A stretch of 64,000 nt of DNA from Clostridia bacterium (GCA_045593405.1 JAZNWN010000014.1:2198-66197); one strand, 5' to 3'; shown: positions 21,321 to 33,504, counted from the first letter of the stretch. The notes: a model not told the origin generated them from the sequence alone. Numbers and translations are program-made.

Positions 21321-22379
21321 ATGGATAACTTTAACAAAAAAATAGTACTAGAAGATGGAGAAGAATATTTGGGATATGGATTTGGAGCAGATGTTGATAG
21401 CATATGCGAAATAGTATTTAATACATCAATGGTTGGCTACCAAGAAATAGTATCAGATCCATCGTATACAAATGAGATGGTAGTTATGACATATCCATTA
21501 ATTGGAAACTATGGAATAACAGATGAGGATTATGAAACAAAACAGCCTACAATAGGAGGATTAATTGTAAGAGAATATAATGACATACCAAGTAATTTTA
21601 GATATACAAAAACCTTAGCAGAATATTTAGAAGAAAATAATATACCTGGAATATATGGATTAGATACAAGAAAACTAACTAGAAGCATTAGAGAAAAAGG
21701 AAGTAGAAAAGCAATAATTACAAGTATAAATACAACTAAAGAAGAAGCATTAAAGAAAATAAAAGAATATGAAATAATAAGTAAAAGAGTAAGCAAAGTA
21801 AGTTGTAAAAAGAAATGGTATTCAAGAACTGCAAATGCAAAATATAATATTATTGTAGTAGATTGTGGAGTTAAATTAAGTATAATAAAAAGTTTAAATA
21901 AAAAAGAATGTAATGTAACAGTAGTTCCATATAATACTACAGCTGAACAAATTATAGATTTAAAACCAGATGGAATACTTGTATCAAATGGACCAGGGAA
22001 TCCAGAAGAAGCAGAAGAAATAATAGAAACTGTAAAAAAACTGAAAGGAAAATATCCAATATTTGGAGTAGGTTTAGGGCACCAAATAATAAGTTTGGCT
22101 TATGGTGCAAAAATTGATAAACTGAAATTTGGACACAGAGGTGGAAATTATCCAGTGCTAAACTTAGAAACAGGTAAGATAGAGATAACAAATCAAAACC
22201 ATAGTTATGTTATAGATGAAGAAAGCTTAAAAAGAACAAAGTTAGAAGTAACACATAAAAATATTTTAGATAACACAATAGAAGGGGTAGAATGCAAAAA
22301 AGATAAAATATTTAGTGTGCAATATTATCCAGATGAAAATAATTATTTATTTGAAAAATTCATAAATTTAATGAATTAA
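21321..22379 (+). CDS. carA: Carbamoyl-phosphate synthase small subunit with degenerate catalytic triad
   Basis: EIVFNTSMVGYQE, SDPSY, YPLIGNYG, SNGPGNP, KFGHRGGN, QNHSY; GVGLGHQ and QYYPD replace GICLGHQ and QYHPE. Confidence 0.93.
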   Translation: MDNFNKKIVLEDGEEYLGYGFGADVDSICEIVFNTSMVGYQEIVSDPSYTNEMVVMTYPLIGNYGITDEDYETKQPTIGGLIVREYNDIPSNFRYTKTLAEYLEENNIPGIYGLDTRKLTRSIREKGSRKAIITSINTTKEEALKKIKEYEIISKRVSKVSCKKKWYSRTANAKYNIIVVDCGVKLSIIKSLNKKECNVTVVPYNTTAEQIIDLKPDGILVSNGPGNPEEAEEIIETVKKLKGKYPIFGVGLGHQIISLAYGAKIDKLKFGHRGGNYPVLNLETGKIEITNQNHSYVIDEESLKRTKLEVTHKNILDNTIEGVECKKDKIFSVQYYPDENNYLFEKFINLMN

Positions 22380-22381
22380 CC

Positions 22382-22458
22382 TGTAGGGGCAGGGTTCCAC
22401 CCCTGCCTGCATAAAAAATATAACAAATAAATGTAGGGGTCGCACCCCAGGGCGACCC
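22382..22458. repeat. Two tandem GTAG REPs
   Basis: TGTAGGGGCAGGGTTCCACCCCTGCC and TGTAGGGGTCGCACCCCAGGGCGACCC. Confidence 0.85.
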
Positions 22459-22490
22459 TCATACAGGATATAAATATAGGAGGAATAGAA

Positions 22491-25400
22491 ATGCCAAAAA
22501 GAGAAGATATAAAAAGTGTATTAGTAATAGGTTCAGGACCAATTGTAATAGGACAGGCAGCAGAATTTGATTATGCAGGAACACAAGCATGTTTAGCATT
22601 AAAAGAAGAAGGATATAAAGTAATATTAGTAAACTCAAATCCAGCAACAATAATGACAGATACAAGTATAGCAGATAAAGTATATATGGAGCCATTAACA
22701 TTAGAGTATGTTGCAAAAATAATAAGATATGAAAGACCAGATGCGATACTTCCGGGAATAGGAGGACAAACAGGTTTAAATTTGGCAATGCAACTTTATA
22801 AAAAAGGAGTATTACAAGAATGCCAAGTAGAATTATTAGGAACAAAGGCAGAAGCAATAGAACGCGCAGAAGATAGAGAGCTATTTAAAAAGCTATGTGA
22901 AGAATTAGGAGAACCAGTTATAGAATCAGTAATAGCACATTCTATAGAAGAAGGATTAGAGGCGGCAAAAACAATAGGTTATCCAGTAGTGCTAAGACCA
23001 GCCTTTACTTTAGGAGGAACTGGAGGAGGATTTGCAGATAATGATGAAGAGTTAAAAGAGTTAATGAAAAATGGGTTAAAACTTTCACCAGTAAGTCAAG
23101 TATTAGTAGAAAAGAGTATTAAAGGATATAAGGAAATAGAGTTTGAAGTAATAAGAGACAGTAATGATACAGCTCTAACTGTATGTAGCATGGAAAATTT
23201 GGACCCAGTTGGAATTCATACAGGAGACTCAATTGTTGTTGCACCAAGTCAAACATTAACTAGTAAAGAATACAGTATACTAAAAAATAGTGCTTTAAAA
23301 ATAATAAGAGCTTTAAAAATAGAGGGAGGGTGCAATGTTCAATTTGCATTAGATCCACATTCTTTTAAATATTATCTAATAGAGGTAAACCCAAGAGTAT
23401 CACGCTCATCAGCTTTAGCTTCAAAAGCAAGTGGTTATCCAATAGCAAGAGTTACAGCAAAAATTGCAATAGGTATGAGATTAGATGAAATAAAACTTTC
23501 AACAGTACCAGCAAGTTTTGAACCAGCAATTGATTATGTTGTTTCTAAAGTTGCAAGATTTCCATTTGATAAATTTGTACTTGCATCAAATAAATTAAGC
23601 ACTCAAATGAAGGCAACAGGGGAAGTAATGAGTGTTGGTAGAACTTTAGAAGAAAGCTTACTAAAAGCAATAAGGTCGCTTGAAATAGGTGTATGCCACA
23701 TTTACATGGGCAAATTTGATGATATTGAAACAGAAGAACTAATGGATTACATTGGAGATGCAAGAGATGATAGGATTTATGCAATTGCAGAATTAATAAG
23801 AAGACATATAGATTTAGGACTTATATATAACAAAACAAAAATAGATATGTTCTTCCTAGAAAAAATAAAAAACATAGTAAAGATGGAAAAACAAGTTGTT
23901 GAAAATGTAGGAGATATTGAAGTTCTAAAACATGCTAAAAAGATGGGATTTAGTGATAAATATATTGCAAAATTATGGAATAAAACAGAAGAAGATATGT
24001 ATTTGCTAAGAAAAGAAAACAATATCTATCCAGTATATAAAATGATAGATACATGTAGCAGTGAGTTTGAAGGTTATGTACCATATTTATATTCTACATA
24101 CGAAGAAGAAAATGAATCAATTGTAAGTGATAGAAAGAAAATAATTGTTTTAGGTGCAGGACCAATAAGAATAGGGCAAGGTGTCGAGTTTGATTATTCA
24201 ACTGTTCATGCAGTAAAAACAATAAAAGAAGCTGGATATGAAGCAATAATAATAAATAATAATCCAGAAACAGTATCAACAGATTACACAACAAGTGATA
24301 AATTATATTTTGAACCTTTAACAGTAGAAGATGTAATGAATATAATTGATTTAGAAAAACCAGAAGGAGTTATTGCATCACTTGGCGGACAAACAGCCAT
24401 AAATTTAGCTGGACCACTTTCAAAACTTGGAGTAAAATTAGTAGGAACAGATGTAGAAGCAATAGAAAGAGCAGAAAATAGAGATAGTTTTGAAAAAGTT
24501 ATGGAAGAATTACAGTTATTACAGCCAAAAGGTCAAGCAGTAACAAATATAAAAGATGGAATAAAAGTTGCAGAAGAAATTGGCTACCCAGTTTTAGTTA
24601 GACCAAGTTATGTACTAGGTGGAAGAGCAATGCAAATTGTTTCTGATAAAAAAGCCTTAGAAAAATATTTAAAAACAGCAGTTGAAATAAATACAGAGCA
24701 ACCGGTTTTAGTAGATAAATATATAATTGGTAAAGAATTAGAAGTAGATGCAGTATGTGATGGAAAAGACGTATTTGTAGCTGGAATAATGGAACACGTT
24801 GAAAAAACAGGTATACACTCAGGAGACAGTATAAGCATTTATCCAACATTTAGTGTAAGTGAAAAAGTAAAACAAACAATATTAGATTATACAGTAAAAT
24901 TAGGTTTAGGAATTGGAATTGTTGGATTATATAATATACAATTTATTGTAGATAAAGAAGAAAATGTATATGTAATAGAAGTAAACCCAAGATCTTCAAG
25001 AACAGTACCATTTATATCAAAGGCAACAGGATATTCTTTGGCAGATATAGGAACACTTGTAATGATAGGAAAAACATTAAAAGACCAAGGAATAACTGAA
25101 GTGTATCCAAAAGAAAAAGAAAAATGGTATGTAAAAGCACCAGCGTTTTCGTTTTCTAAATTAAATGGAATGGATACATATTTATCACCAGAAATGAAAT
25201 CAACAGGTGAGGCAATAGGATATGATACAAAATTAACAAGAGCTTTATATAAAGCACTTCAATCATCTGGAATGAACTTAGCAAATTATGGAACAATTTT
25301 AGTAACAATAGCAGATAAAGATAAAGAAGATGCACTTCCATTAATAAGAAGATTTTACAACTTGGGATTTAACATAGAGGCAACAAGAGGAACAGCTATG

Positions 25401-25670
25401 TTTTTAAAAGAACATGGAATAAGAACAAGAATAAAAAATAAAATAAGTGAAGGAAGCGAAGAAATACTAGAATCAATGAGAAAAGGCTATGTAAACTATG
25501 TAATAAGTACAAGAGATGTAGATGCAATAGACCAAGAAACAGATGGAAGCATGATAAGAAGGTGTGCGGTAGAAAACAATATAGCAATGTTCACAGCATT
25601 AGATACAGTGAGAGTGTTACTAGATGTCCTAGAAGAAATAACACTTTGTATATCTACAATAGATGAATAG
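22491..25670 (+). CDS. carB: Carbamoyl-phosphate synthase large subunit
   Basis: [15 protein letters not shown], two ATP-grasp halves (EVNPR), MGS-like C-terminus. Confidence 0.98.
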   Translation: MPKREDIKSVLVIGSGPIVIGQAAEFDYAGTQACLALKEEGYKVILVNSNPATIMTDTSIADKVYMEPLTLEYVAKIIRYERPDAILPGIGGQTGLNLAMQLYKKGVLQECQVELLGTKAEAIERAEDRELFKKLCEELGEPVIESVIAHSIEEGLEAAKTIGYPVVLRPAFTLGGTGGGFADNDEELKELMKNGLKLSPVSQVLVEKSIKGYKEIEFEVIRDSNDTALTVCSMENLDPVGIHTGDSIVVAPSQTLTSKEYSILKNSALKIIRALKIEGGCNVQFALDPHSFKYYLIEVNPRVSRSSALASKASGYPIARVTAKIAIGMRLDEIKLSTVPASFEPAIDYVVSKVARFPFDKFVLASNKLSTQMKATGEVMSVGRTLEESLLKAIRSLEIGVCHIYMGKFDDIETEELMDYIGDARDDRIYAIAELIRRHIDLGLIYNKTKIDMFFLEKIKNIVKMEKQVVENVGDIEVLKHAKKMGFSDKYIAKLWNKTEEDMYLLRKENNIYPVYKMIDTCSSEFEGYVPYLYSTYEEENESIVSDRKKIIVLGAGPIRIGQGVEFDYSTVHAVKTIKEAGYEAIIINNNPETVSTDYTTSDKLYFEPLTVEDVMNIIDLEKPEGVIASLGGQTAINLAGPLSKLGVKLVGTDVEAIERAENRDSFEKVMEELQLLQPKGQAVTNIKDGIKVAEEIGYPVLVRPSYVLGGRAMQIVSDKKALEKYLKTAVEINTEQPVLVDKYIIGKELEVDAVCDGKDVFVAGIMEHVEKTGIHSGDSISIYPTFSVSEKVKQTILDYTVKLGLGIGIVGLYNIQFIVDKEENVYVIEVNPRSSRTVPFISKATGYSLADIGTLVMIGKTLKDQGITEVYPKEKEKWYVKAPAFSFSKLNGMDTYLSPEMKSTGEAIGYDTKLTRALYKALQSSGMNLANYGTILVTIADKDKEDALPLIRRFYNLGFNIEATRGTAMFLKEHGIRTRIKNKISEGSEEILESMRKGYVNYVISTRDVDAIDQETDGSMIRRCAVENNIAMFTALDTVRVLLDVLEEITLCISTIDE

Positions 25671-25753
25671 CTAAAAAATTGAAATTAATGAAGAATTATG
25701 GTATAATTATATTGATTAACTCGCTACTGCGAGATTTTTGGAGGTAATACATC

Positions 25754-25951
25754 ATGGAAGAAAAAAAATGGGGCGTATTAGACTGTTTGCAATTGATTTG
25801 GTTCGATTTTTGGATCAAATCAGCTGTAAGAAAAAAAGAAAGAGAGATGTACTCTGGAATTAAAATGCGGCCCAAAGTTGCAAAAAAGCTAAAAGAACTA
25901 GGATATGAAGTTTACATCTATAGTTCTGGTGCCACTGCAATTAATTGGTGA
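25754..25951 (+). CDS. Small orphan protein
   Basis: GGAGG RBS, own TTGAAA...TATAAT promoter and downstream hairpin. Confidence 0.6.
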   Translation: MEEKKWGVLDCLQLIWFDFWIKSAVRKKEREMYSGIKMRPKVAKKLKELGYEVYIYSSGATAINW

Positions 25952-26085
25952 TACCCAGGTAAAAGTAGAGAAAAATGAAGATTTTCAAATTTCTCTACTT
26001 TTTACCATTTTTACAAAAAAATATTTTTTACTAAATATAGACATAAAACAAATAAAATGGTATATTATACTTGGTGGGTGATATT

Positions 26086-27126
26086 ATGAAATTTGAAACA
26101 AAAAGGATGCTTAGAAAGATAAAAAGCATTAATTATAAAAAAATGGATAAAATTGTAGATATAATATCAAAAAACAATAATAACAAATCTAAACTATATA
26201 TAAAATTTGATATATTTAGAAATTTCTTAAAAAGAGGAATTGGTTACACAGACTATTTTAGAGGGGATTATATAAATTTAAATAAAGAAGAAAAAAATAC
26301 TTATGTAACAGCAAAATCTTTTTATAGAGTAATACATTATTTAAATAATTATGATTATGTTTACATTTTCCATGATAAATTAATATTTAATAAATTTTTC
26401 AAAGAATATATAAAAAGAGATTATATAAATTTGAAAAAATGTACAGTAGAGCAATTTAAAGAATTTTTAGATAAGTATAATGTTGTGTTTGCAAAAGACC
26501 CAATTGGTGAATGTGGACATGGTATAAGGAAAATAGATGTTGAAAAAGTAGAAGATAAAGACATTCTTTATGAAGAACTAATAAAAAATAAACAATTCTT
26601 AGTAGAAGAAGAGATTGTTCAAAGTAAAGAATTGAACGAAATAAATCCGAATGTTGTAAATTCATTTAGAGTAGTAACACTTGTAAAAGATGGACAAGCA
26701 TATATATTAAACAATGCGCTTAGAGTAAATCAAGATAATAGTGATGTAATAGGATGTTCAAATGACTTATATTTTAGCTTTGCAGAAGACGGAACAATAG
26801 ACAGTAATGTAATTGATGATTATGGAAATATTTATGAAAAACATCCACTAACAGGTAAGAGATTTAGTGATGTAAAAATAAAAGATGTAAAAGAGGCATT
26901 TGAACTTTGTAAAAAAGCAGCATTAGAAGTACAAGAAGTAAGATATGTAGGCTGGGATGTGGCTTTTTCAAACAAAGGACCTGTAATTGTAGAAGGAAAC
27001 GAATACCCAGGTTACGGAATACTTCAATTCTATAAATTAAAAAATAAAAAATATGGACATTTAAAAGAAATACAAGATGTAATTGGTGATGAAGTAAAAA
27101 ATATGAACTTACCATGTGTTAATTAA
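26086..27126 (+). CDS. Sugar-transfer-associated ATP-grasp protein
   Basis: DKLIF, VNSFRVVT, HPLTG, YVGWDVA, VEGNEYPG. Confidence 0.8.
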   Translation: MKFETKRMLRKIKSINYKKMDKIVDIISKNNNNKSKLYIKFDIFRNFLKRGIGYTDYFRGDYINLNKEEKNTYVTAKSFYRVIHYLNNYDYVYIFHDKLIFNKFFKEYIKRDYINLKKCTVEQFKEFLDKYNVVFAKDPIGECGHGIRKIDVEKVEDKDILYEELIKNKQFLVEEEIVQSKELNEINPNVVNSFRVVTLVKDGQAYILNNALRVNQDNSDVIGCSNDLYFSFAEDGTIDSNVIDDYGNIYEKHPLTGKRFSDVKIKDVKEAFELCKKAALEVQEVRYVGWDVAFSNKGPVIVEGNEYPGYGILQFYKLKNKKYGHLKEIQDVIGDEVKNMNLPCVN

Positions 27127-27173
27127 AAACAAGGGCCCCATATTCCAATTGGAACATGGGGCTCTGTTTTTGC

Positions 27174-27497
27174 TTAGAAGAACTGCTGAATAATTTCCAG
27201 AACCTTGGAGGAGATAAGCTCTAAAACCTTCAGAACCAAGTCGATGAACTGGTAAAAGTTAGGGAGTTGCTCCCGAAGTCCAGGTGCTAACTTTGCCATG
27301 AAAGCAAAGATGACGGCGCCTGCAAGGGCCTTTGAAAGGACTTTGATACAAATCTTCAGCCACTTCCAAAGAGTTCTTCCAGCATTGCTGATTTTTACCC
27401 GGATTTTAGGCCATTTAAGCTTAAACCAGGTTTTGATCTTTTGGAACACGTTAGTGGTGTTCTTCTGGGTGAGGTCGGTGGTTTTCAAAGTAGGCAT
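27174..27497 (-). CDS. Small orphan membrane-associated protein
   Basis: AAGGGAG RBS, own promoter at about 27545-27575 on the - strand; higher GC than neighbours. Confidence 0.65.
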   Translation of the reverse strand: MPTLKTTDLTQKNTTNVFQKIKTWFKLKWPKIRVKISNAGRTLWKWLKICIKVLSKALAGAVIFAFMAKLAPGLREQLPNFYQFIDLVLKVLELISSKVLEIIQQFF

Positions 27498-27688
27498 TTA
27501 TATTTCTCCCTTCTAAATTGTGCAAAATGCACTTAATACTCTTATATTATACCATACTTTACATAAAATCGCAAATTATACATAGAATTAGAAAAGCGTA
27601 TTAATAATAAAAAAATATTAAAAACCCCTTTTATTTTATATATATTTTATGATAGAATAACAAAAGTAAGATTTACAAGGAGGAAATT

Positions 27689-28393
27689 ATGGAAATAGCA
27701 TATAAAAGAGTTCTACTAAAACTTAGTGGAGAAGCACTAGCAGGAGCACAAAAAAACGGTATAGATGTAGATACATTAGGAAAAATTTGTGACAAAGTAA
27801 AAGAAATTGTGGATATGGGAGTAGAAGTAGCAATAGTAGTTGGAGGAGGAAACTTTTGGAGAGGTAGATATGGACATCAAATGGAAAAAACAACTTCAGA
27901 TTACATGGGAATGCTTGCAACAACTATTAATGGATTAGCAATACAAGATGCATTAGAATCAAGAGGAGTTTATACAAGAGTGCAAACGGCAATAGAAATG
28001 AGACAAATTGCAGAACCATATATAAAAAGAAAAGCAATGAAACATTTAGAAAATGGAAGAGTTGTAATATTTACTTGTGGAACAGGAAGTCCGTTTTTTA
28101 CAACAGATACAGGAGCAGCACTTAAAGCTGCAGAAATTGATGCAGAAGTTATTTTACTTGCAAAAACATGTGATGGAGTATATTCAGCAGATCCAAAATT
28201 AGATCCAAATGCAGTAAAATATGATGAAATTACTTATTTAGATGTATTAAATCAACAATTAAAAGTAATGGATACAACAGCAACATCATTATGTATGGAC
28301 AATAACATACCATTAATAGTATTTGGAATAGATGAGCCTGAGAATATTGTAAAGATAATTAAGGGAGAAAAAATAGGAACATTAGTAAAATAG
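27689..28393 (+). CDS. pyrH: UMP kinase
   Basis: [43 protein letters not shown]. Confidence 0.97.
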   Translation: MEIAYKRVLLKLSGEALAGAQKNGIDVDTLGKICDKVKEIVDMGVEVAIVVGGGNFWRGRYGHQMEKTTSDYMGMLATTINGLAIQDALESRGVYTRVQTAIEMRQIAEPYIKRKAMKHLENGRVVIFTCGTGSPFFTTDTGAALKAAEIDAEVILLAKTCDGVYSADPKLDPNAVKYDEITYLDVLNQQLKVMDTTATSLCMDNNIPLIVFGIDEPENIVKIIKGEKIGTLVK

Positions 28394-28480
28394 AAGTGTG
28401 ATGTGCGAAGTGTATAATAGTAAAATTCTTGCGAAGTTAAACTATAAAAGCCCACTTCCAACTTCCCACATTTTACTTCT
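28390..28480. repeat. Heptamer-periodic inverted repeat
   Basis: AGAAG TGTGATG TGCGAAG ... CCCACTT CCAACTT CCCACAT TTTACTT CT. Confidence 0.6.
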
Positions 28481-28503
28481 ATAATATAAGGAGGAATTTA
28501 ATA

Positions 28504-29052
28504 ATGGAATTTAACCATATTGAAGAAAAAATGAACAAAACTGTAAATGCTTTAGCAGAAAGCTTAGCAGAAGTAAGAGCAGGAAGAGCAAATCCTGCAA
28601 TATTAAATAAGGTAAAAATAGATTACTATGGAACACCAACACCAATTAATCAAGTGGCAGGAATATCAGTTCCAGAGGCAAGATTAATAGTAATTCAACC
28701 ATGGGATGCTAGTATTTTAAAAGAAATAGAAAAAGAAATTTTGAAATCTGAGATAGGAATAAATCCAAATAACGATGGAAAAGTAATAAGACTTGCTTTC
28801 CCAGAATTAACAGAAGAAAGAAGAAAAGAATTGGTAAAAGACATAAAGAAAATGGGAGAAGAATCTAAAGTGGCTATTCGTTCTGTAAGAAGAGATGGGA
28901 TAGATGAAGCAAAAGCTAAACAAAAAAATAGTGAAATAACAGAAGACGAACTAAAAGGAGCAGAAGACCAAATACAAAAATTAACAGATAAAAAAGTTGC
29001 AGAAATAGACAACATGGTAGCTGCCAAAGAAAAAGAAATAATGAGTGTGTAA
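28504..29052 (+). CDS. frr: Ribosome recycling factor
   Basis: RAGRANP, DYYGTPTP, PELTEERRK; follows pyrH. Confidence 0.97.
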   Translation: MEFNHIEEKMNKTVNALAESLAEVRAGRANPAILNKVKIDYYGTPTPINQVAGISVPEARLIVIQPWDASILKEIEKEILKSEIGINPNNDGKVIRLAFPELTEERRKELVKDIKKMGEESKVAIRSVRRDGIDEAKAKQKNSEITEDELKGAEDQIQKLTDKKVAEIDNMVAAKEKEIMSV

Positions 29053-29112
29053 ATAGAAAAAAAGAAGAAGCAAAATATTTTTGTTTCTTCTTTTTTTTAT
29101 TGAGAGATTATT

Positions 29113-29185
29113 ATGTGTTTTGTGTTTCGTATTTTTAAATTATGAATTATAAAAATTCCAAATCCCCAAAAACCAAATACATACA
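29113..29185. repeat. Heptamer-periodic inverted repeat
   Basis: TGTGTTT TGTGTTT CGTATTT ... TTCCAAA TCCCCAA AAACCAA ATACATA; related to the reverse complement of 53160-53250. Confidence 0.7.
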
Positions 29186-29517
29186 ATTTTTTTGTCATAA
29201 AAATGTAATATTACATTTTTCATGTTTGTATTGACAATATAAAAATCATAATATAAAATAATTTTGATTTCGGACAAACTTCAAAAAAAGTTTAAAAAAC
29301 GAAAAAAGAAAGAAATAACAAAAGATACGAAAAACCAGTTGACTGTAAGAAAAATAAGCAAAACACCAAAAAGACAATGGAATCAAATAAAATTAAAATC
29401 ACGAAAAAACCATTTTTTGGAAATTGCTAAAAAACTAAAAACCTTACAACACTAACCTTTCAAGAGAAAATACTAATGAAATATAATGAAGAAGAAACAA
29501 TAAGGGGGATTTTTAAA

Positions 29518-31797
29518 ATGCAAGTTATCAAAAGAGATGGAAGAGTAACAGATTTTAATGAAGAAAGGATTGTTAAGGCAATAACACTAGCTATGTCGCA
29601 TACAACAGATGGTGTTGATATGGATTTGGCCGCAAAAATAACAGAGAGTGTAAAGAATCAATTAAAGGATAGAATGCAAGTATCTGTGTATGAGATCCAA
29701 GATTTAGTAGAGAAAAAATTAATGGGCTCATCAAGAAAAGAAGTTGCGCAAGAATATATTACATATAGATATAATAGAGATGTAGCAAGAAAATCAAAAA
29801 CAAAAGATGTTTTTTTAGAGATTATAGAAACAAAATCTAATGATGTAACACGTGAAAATGCAAATATGAATGCTGATACACCAGCAGGAATGATGATGAA
29901 ATTTGCAAGTGAATCAACAAAACCGTTTGTTGATGATTTCCTACTATCTACAGAGTCAAGAAATGCTATAGCTGGAGGATACATTCACGTTCATGATAAA
30001 GATTATTATCCTACAAAAAGTTTAACATGTATACAACACCCTTTAGATAAAATATTAACAAATGGATTTAGAGCAGGACATGGGAGCTCAAGACCAGCAA
30101 AAAGAATAGAAACAGCAAGTATTATAGCATGTATTTCTTTGGAAACTGTACAAAATGAAATGCATGGTGGACAAGCAATACCAGCATTTGATTTCTATTT
30201 AGCACCATATGTAAAAACAACATTTGTAGAAGAAATTAAAAAACTTGAACAAGTTTTAGACATGGATTTATCAAAATTATATGATTATGATGTAAAAGAC
30301 TATATTAAGAAAGATGCAAAAGACTTAAAAGGAGAAGAAAAATACATTCAACTTGCAATAAATAATACTGTAAATAGAGTACACCAATCAATGGAAGCTT
30401 TTATACATAATATGAACACAATACATTCAAGAGGTGGAAATCAAGTTGTATTTAGTTCAATTAATTATGGAACAGATACTTCTGCAGAAGGTAGATGTAT
30501 AATTAGAGAAATGCTTTTATCAACTGAAAGAGGAGTTGGAAACGGAGAAACACCTATTTTCCCAATACAAATTTGGAAAAAGAAAAGAGGAGTTAATTAC
30601 TTACCAGAAGATAAAAACTATGACTTATATAAACTTGCATGTAAAGTTAGCGCAAAAAGATTTTTCCCCAATTTCTTAAACTTAGATGCAACATTTAATA
30701 AACATGAAAAATGGGATCCAAAAGATCCAAATAGACATTACTATGAAGTTGCTACAATGGGTTGTAGAACGAGAGTATTTGCTAATAGACATGGAGAAGA
30801 TACTTCTGTTGGAAGAGGAAATTTATCTTTTACAACAGTAAACCTAGTAAGATTAGCAATAGAATCTGCAAGAGAAGCTCAAAGTAATTTGAGAATGAAT
30901 TTTGACCTTGGTAAAGGTAGCGAAGAATTCATGACAGAAAAATATAATAAAGAAGTTAAAAAAATATTCTTAAATAAATTAGAACAATATACTGATGTTG
31001 CTGCAAGACAATTATACGATAGATATAAATTCCAATGCACAGCAGTTGCAAAACAATTCCCATTATTAATGTCTGGATTATGGCAAGATAGTGAGAATTT
31101 AAATCCAATAGATAGAGTAGAAGATGTTTTAAAACATGGAACTTTAAGTATAGGTTTTATAGGATTGGCAGAATGTTTAACAGTATTAACAGGTAAACAT
31201 CATGGAGAAAGTGAAAAAGCTCAAATGTTAGGAATAGAAATAGTTACAAAAATGAAAGAATCATGTGATAGATATTCTGAAAAGTATGATTTGAACTATT
31301 CATTACTTGCAACACCAGCAGAAGGATTGTCTGGAAAATTTACTAGAATGGATAAAAAAGATTTTGGAACAATACTTGGAGTTACAGATAAAGAGTATTA
31401 CACAAATAGTAATCATGTTCCAGTGTGGTATAAATGTACAGCAGAACATAAAGCAAAAATAGAAGGTCCATATCATGCATTAACAAATGCAGGACATATA
31501 TTCTACATAGAATTAGATGGAGATGCAACACATAACCCAGAATCAGTTGAAGCAGTAGTGGATTTAATGGATAAATATAATATGGGATATGGTTCAATTA
31601 ACCATACAAGAACTAGATGTTTAGATTGTGGCTTTGAAAATGCAGATGCTAATTTAAAACAATGTCCAATTTGCCATAGTGAAAATATTGATACAATACA
31701 AAGAATAACAGGATATTTAGTTGGAACAACATCAAGATGGAATAAAGGAAAATTATCAGAGTTACGCGATAGAGTAACACATAGTGAAAAACAATAA
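29518..31797 (+). CDS. nrdD: Anaerobic (class III) ribonucleoside-triphosphate reductase
   Basis: ATP cone VIKRDG, MGCRT, TPAEGL, YYTNS, CxxC...CxxC, glycyl-radical motif RITGYL. Confidence 0.97.
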   Translation: MQVIKRDGRVTDFNEERIVKAITLAMSHTTDGVDMDLAAKITESVKNQLKDRMQVSVYEIQDLVEKKLMGSSRKEVAQEYITYRYNRDVARKSKTKDVFLEIIETKSNDVTRENANMNADTPAGMMMKFASESTKPFVDDFLLSTESRNAIAGGYIHVHDKDYYPTKSLTCIQHPLDKILTNGFRAGHGSSRPAKRIETASIIACISLETVQNEMHGGQAIPAFDFYLAPYVKTTFVEEIKKLEQVLDMDLSKLYDYDVKDYIKKDAKDLKGEEKYIQLAINNTVNRVHQSMEAFIHNMNTIHSRGGNQVVFSSINYGTDTSAEGRCIIREMLLSTERGVGNGETPIFPIQIWKKKRGVNYLPEDKNYDLYKLACKVSAKRFFPNFLNLDATFNKHEKWDPKDPNRHYYEVATMGCRTRVFANRHGEDTSVGRGNLSFTTVNLVRLAIESAREAQSNLRMNFDLGKGSEEFMTEKYNKEVKKIFLNKLEQYTDVAARQLYDRYKFQCTAVAKQFPLLMSGLWQDSENLNPIDRVEDVLKHGTLSIGFIGLAECLTVLTGKHHGESEKAQMLGIEIVTKMKESCDRYSEKYDLNYSLLATPAEGLSGKFTRMDKKDFGTILGVTDKEYYTNSNHVPVWYKCTAEHKAKIEGPYHALTNAGHIFYIELDGDATHNPESVEAVVDLMDKYNMGYGSINHTRTRCLDCGFENADANLKQCPICHSENIDTIQRITGYLVGTTSRWNKGKLSELRDRVTHSEKQ

Positions 31798-31818
31798 TTA
31801 AAAAAGAGATGATATAAA

Positions 31819-32322
31819 ATGAATGTAGCAGGATTTTATGATGAAAGTATATCAAATGGACTTGGATGGAGGGCAGTGCTTTTTGTGAGTGGTTGCCCAC
31901 ACAATTGCCCAGGATGCCATAATAAAGAAGCACAAGATTTCAGTTTTGGCAAGAAATTTGATGAAGATGAAATTTTAGAAAAGATAAAAAATAATTCAAT
32001 TCTAAAAGGAATTACCATAAGTGGTGGCGAACCTTTATGTAGGGAGAATATAAAAGAGGTATGTAATTTTATAAAAGATGTAAAAAAAGAAAAGAAAGAT
32101 TTTAATGTTTGGTGCTATTCGGGTTATACTTTAGATGAATTGGTAAAAAGAAACGATCCAGATACAATGGACTGTTTAAATGAAATAGATGTACTGGTAG
32201 ATGGAAGATTTAAAGAAGATTTAAAAGATCCTAGCCTAAAATTTAGAGGTTCATCAAATCAAAGAATTTTGGACGTAAAGCAAAGCCTAAAGACACACCA
32301 ATGTATTGAAATTAATTTATGA
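31819..32322 (+). CDS. nrdG: Class III RNR activase
   Basis: CPHNCPGC radical-SAM motif, SGGEP, LVDGRF, FRGSSNQR. Confidence 0.96.
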   Translation: MNVAGFYDESISNGLGWRAVLFVSGCPHNCPGCHNKEAQDFSFGKKFDEDEILEKIKNNSILKGITISGGEPLCRENIKEVCNFIKDVKKEKKDFNVWCYSGYTLDELVKRNDPDTMDCLNEIDVLVDGRFKEDLKDPSLKFRGSSNQRILDVKQSLKTHQCIEINL

Positions 32323-32383
32323 TTTTAATCTTCTTTTAATAATTATAAATTATATATAACCCAAATTTATTTTAGAAAGGAAA

Positions 32384-33436
32384 ATGAAAATGGAAGAAAA
32401 CAAGAAGGAAAATATTATTAAAAAATTTCTAAAAAAGGAAGTAGTTATTAGTTTATTAATAGGATTACTATTAGGTGCAATGGTAATGTTCTTTGTAAAT
32501 GGAGGAGTTGAAGCATTTGTATCAGGAAAATTCATAACTAAAGGTAAACTATATAATAAAATGAAAGACTATTATTCAATTGATTTAGTTTTAGAAGATG
32601 TAGATATGGCAATTTTAAATAAAAAATATGATTTGACTGAGGAAGAGTTAAACGATATAAAGGAAACAGCAGATAAGTATATCGAACAATATGAATTATA
32701 TTATGGTTATACAGAAGAAGAATTTTTATCAGAAAATGGATTTGGAGACTATGATAGTTTTGTAGAATATTTAAGTTTAGATTATAAAAGAACACTATAT
32801 GTTTATGACTATATAGAAACAAAATTAGAAAAAAATGCAGTTAAAAGCTATTATGATGAAAATGCATTTGGAAAGGTAAATACAAAACATATTTTAGTAA
32901 AAACTTCAGACAATATGGACAAGACACAAGCTCTTGCATTATCAAACGAAATAATTGGCAAATTAAATGGTGGAGGAGATTTTGATACACTTGCACAAGA
33001 ATATACTACTAACTATGCTAATAATGTAGTTACAGAAGATTTAGGAGAAATTGGAGCATTTGATAATATTGAAGATTCATATATAAATGCAATGAGAGAA
33101 CTTGAAGTTGGAAAATATACTGAAACACCAGTAGAATCATCTTATGGTTACCATGTAATTTATTGTGTAGATAAAGTAGAAAAAACAGAAGAAATATCAT
33201 CTAAAGATAAGATGGCAATAGTAGAAATACTTGCATCAGAAGCAGGAGTAGAGATAGATAATGAGGTATACTATAAAGCATTAATTCAAATGAGAGAAGA
33301 AGCAAACTTAAAATTCTTAGACAAAGATTTAAAAACAAAATATGAAGAATACTGTGAACCATATATAGAAGTAGAAGATAAAGATACAGAGGGAAATGTA
33401 ACTGAATTAAATGTTTCTTTAAATAATGCAGAATAG
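32384..33436 (+). CDS. PrsA-like parvulin foldase
   Basis: N-terminal TM helix, KHILVK, PVESSYGYHVI. Confidence 0.85.
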   Translation: MKMEENKKENIIKKFLKKEVVISLLIGLLLGAMVMFFVNGGVEAFVSGKFITKGKLYNKMKDYYSIDLVLEDVDMAILNKKYDLTEEELNDIKETADKYIEQYELYYGYTEEEFLSENGFGDYDSFVEYLSLDYKRTLYVYDYIETKLEKNAVKSYYDENAFGKVNTKHILVKTSDNMDKTQALALSNEIIGKLNGGGDFDTLAQEYTTNYANNVVTEDLGEIGAFDNIEDSYINAMRELEVGKYTETPVESSYGYHVIYCVDKVEKTEEISSKDKMAIVEILASEAGVEIDNEVYYKALIQMREEANLKFLDKDLKTKYEEYCEPYIEVEDKDTEGNVTELNVSLNNAE

Positions 33437-33504
33437 ATTTTGATAATGAAATATGGGGCGCATAACTTGCGCCCCTTATAACATTTGGATAAATTGGAGG
33501 AGAA

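Noticed and set aside
29264-29455. 63-aa Lys-rich ORF upstream of nrdD
   Set aside because: No RBS, low-complexity A-rich leader; I also could not identify a convincing NrdR box or riboswitch
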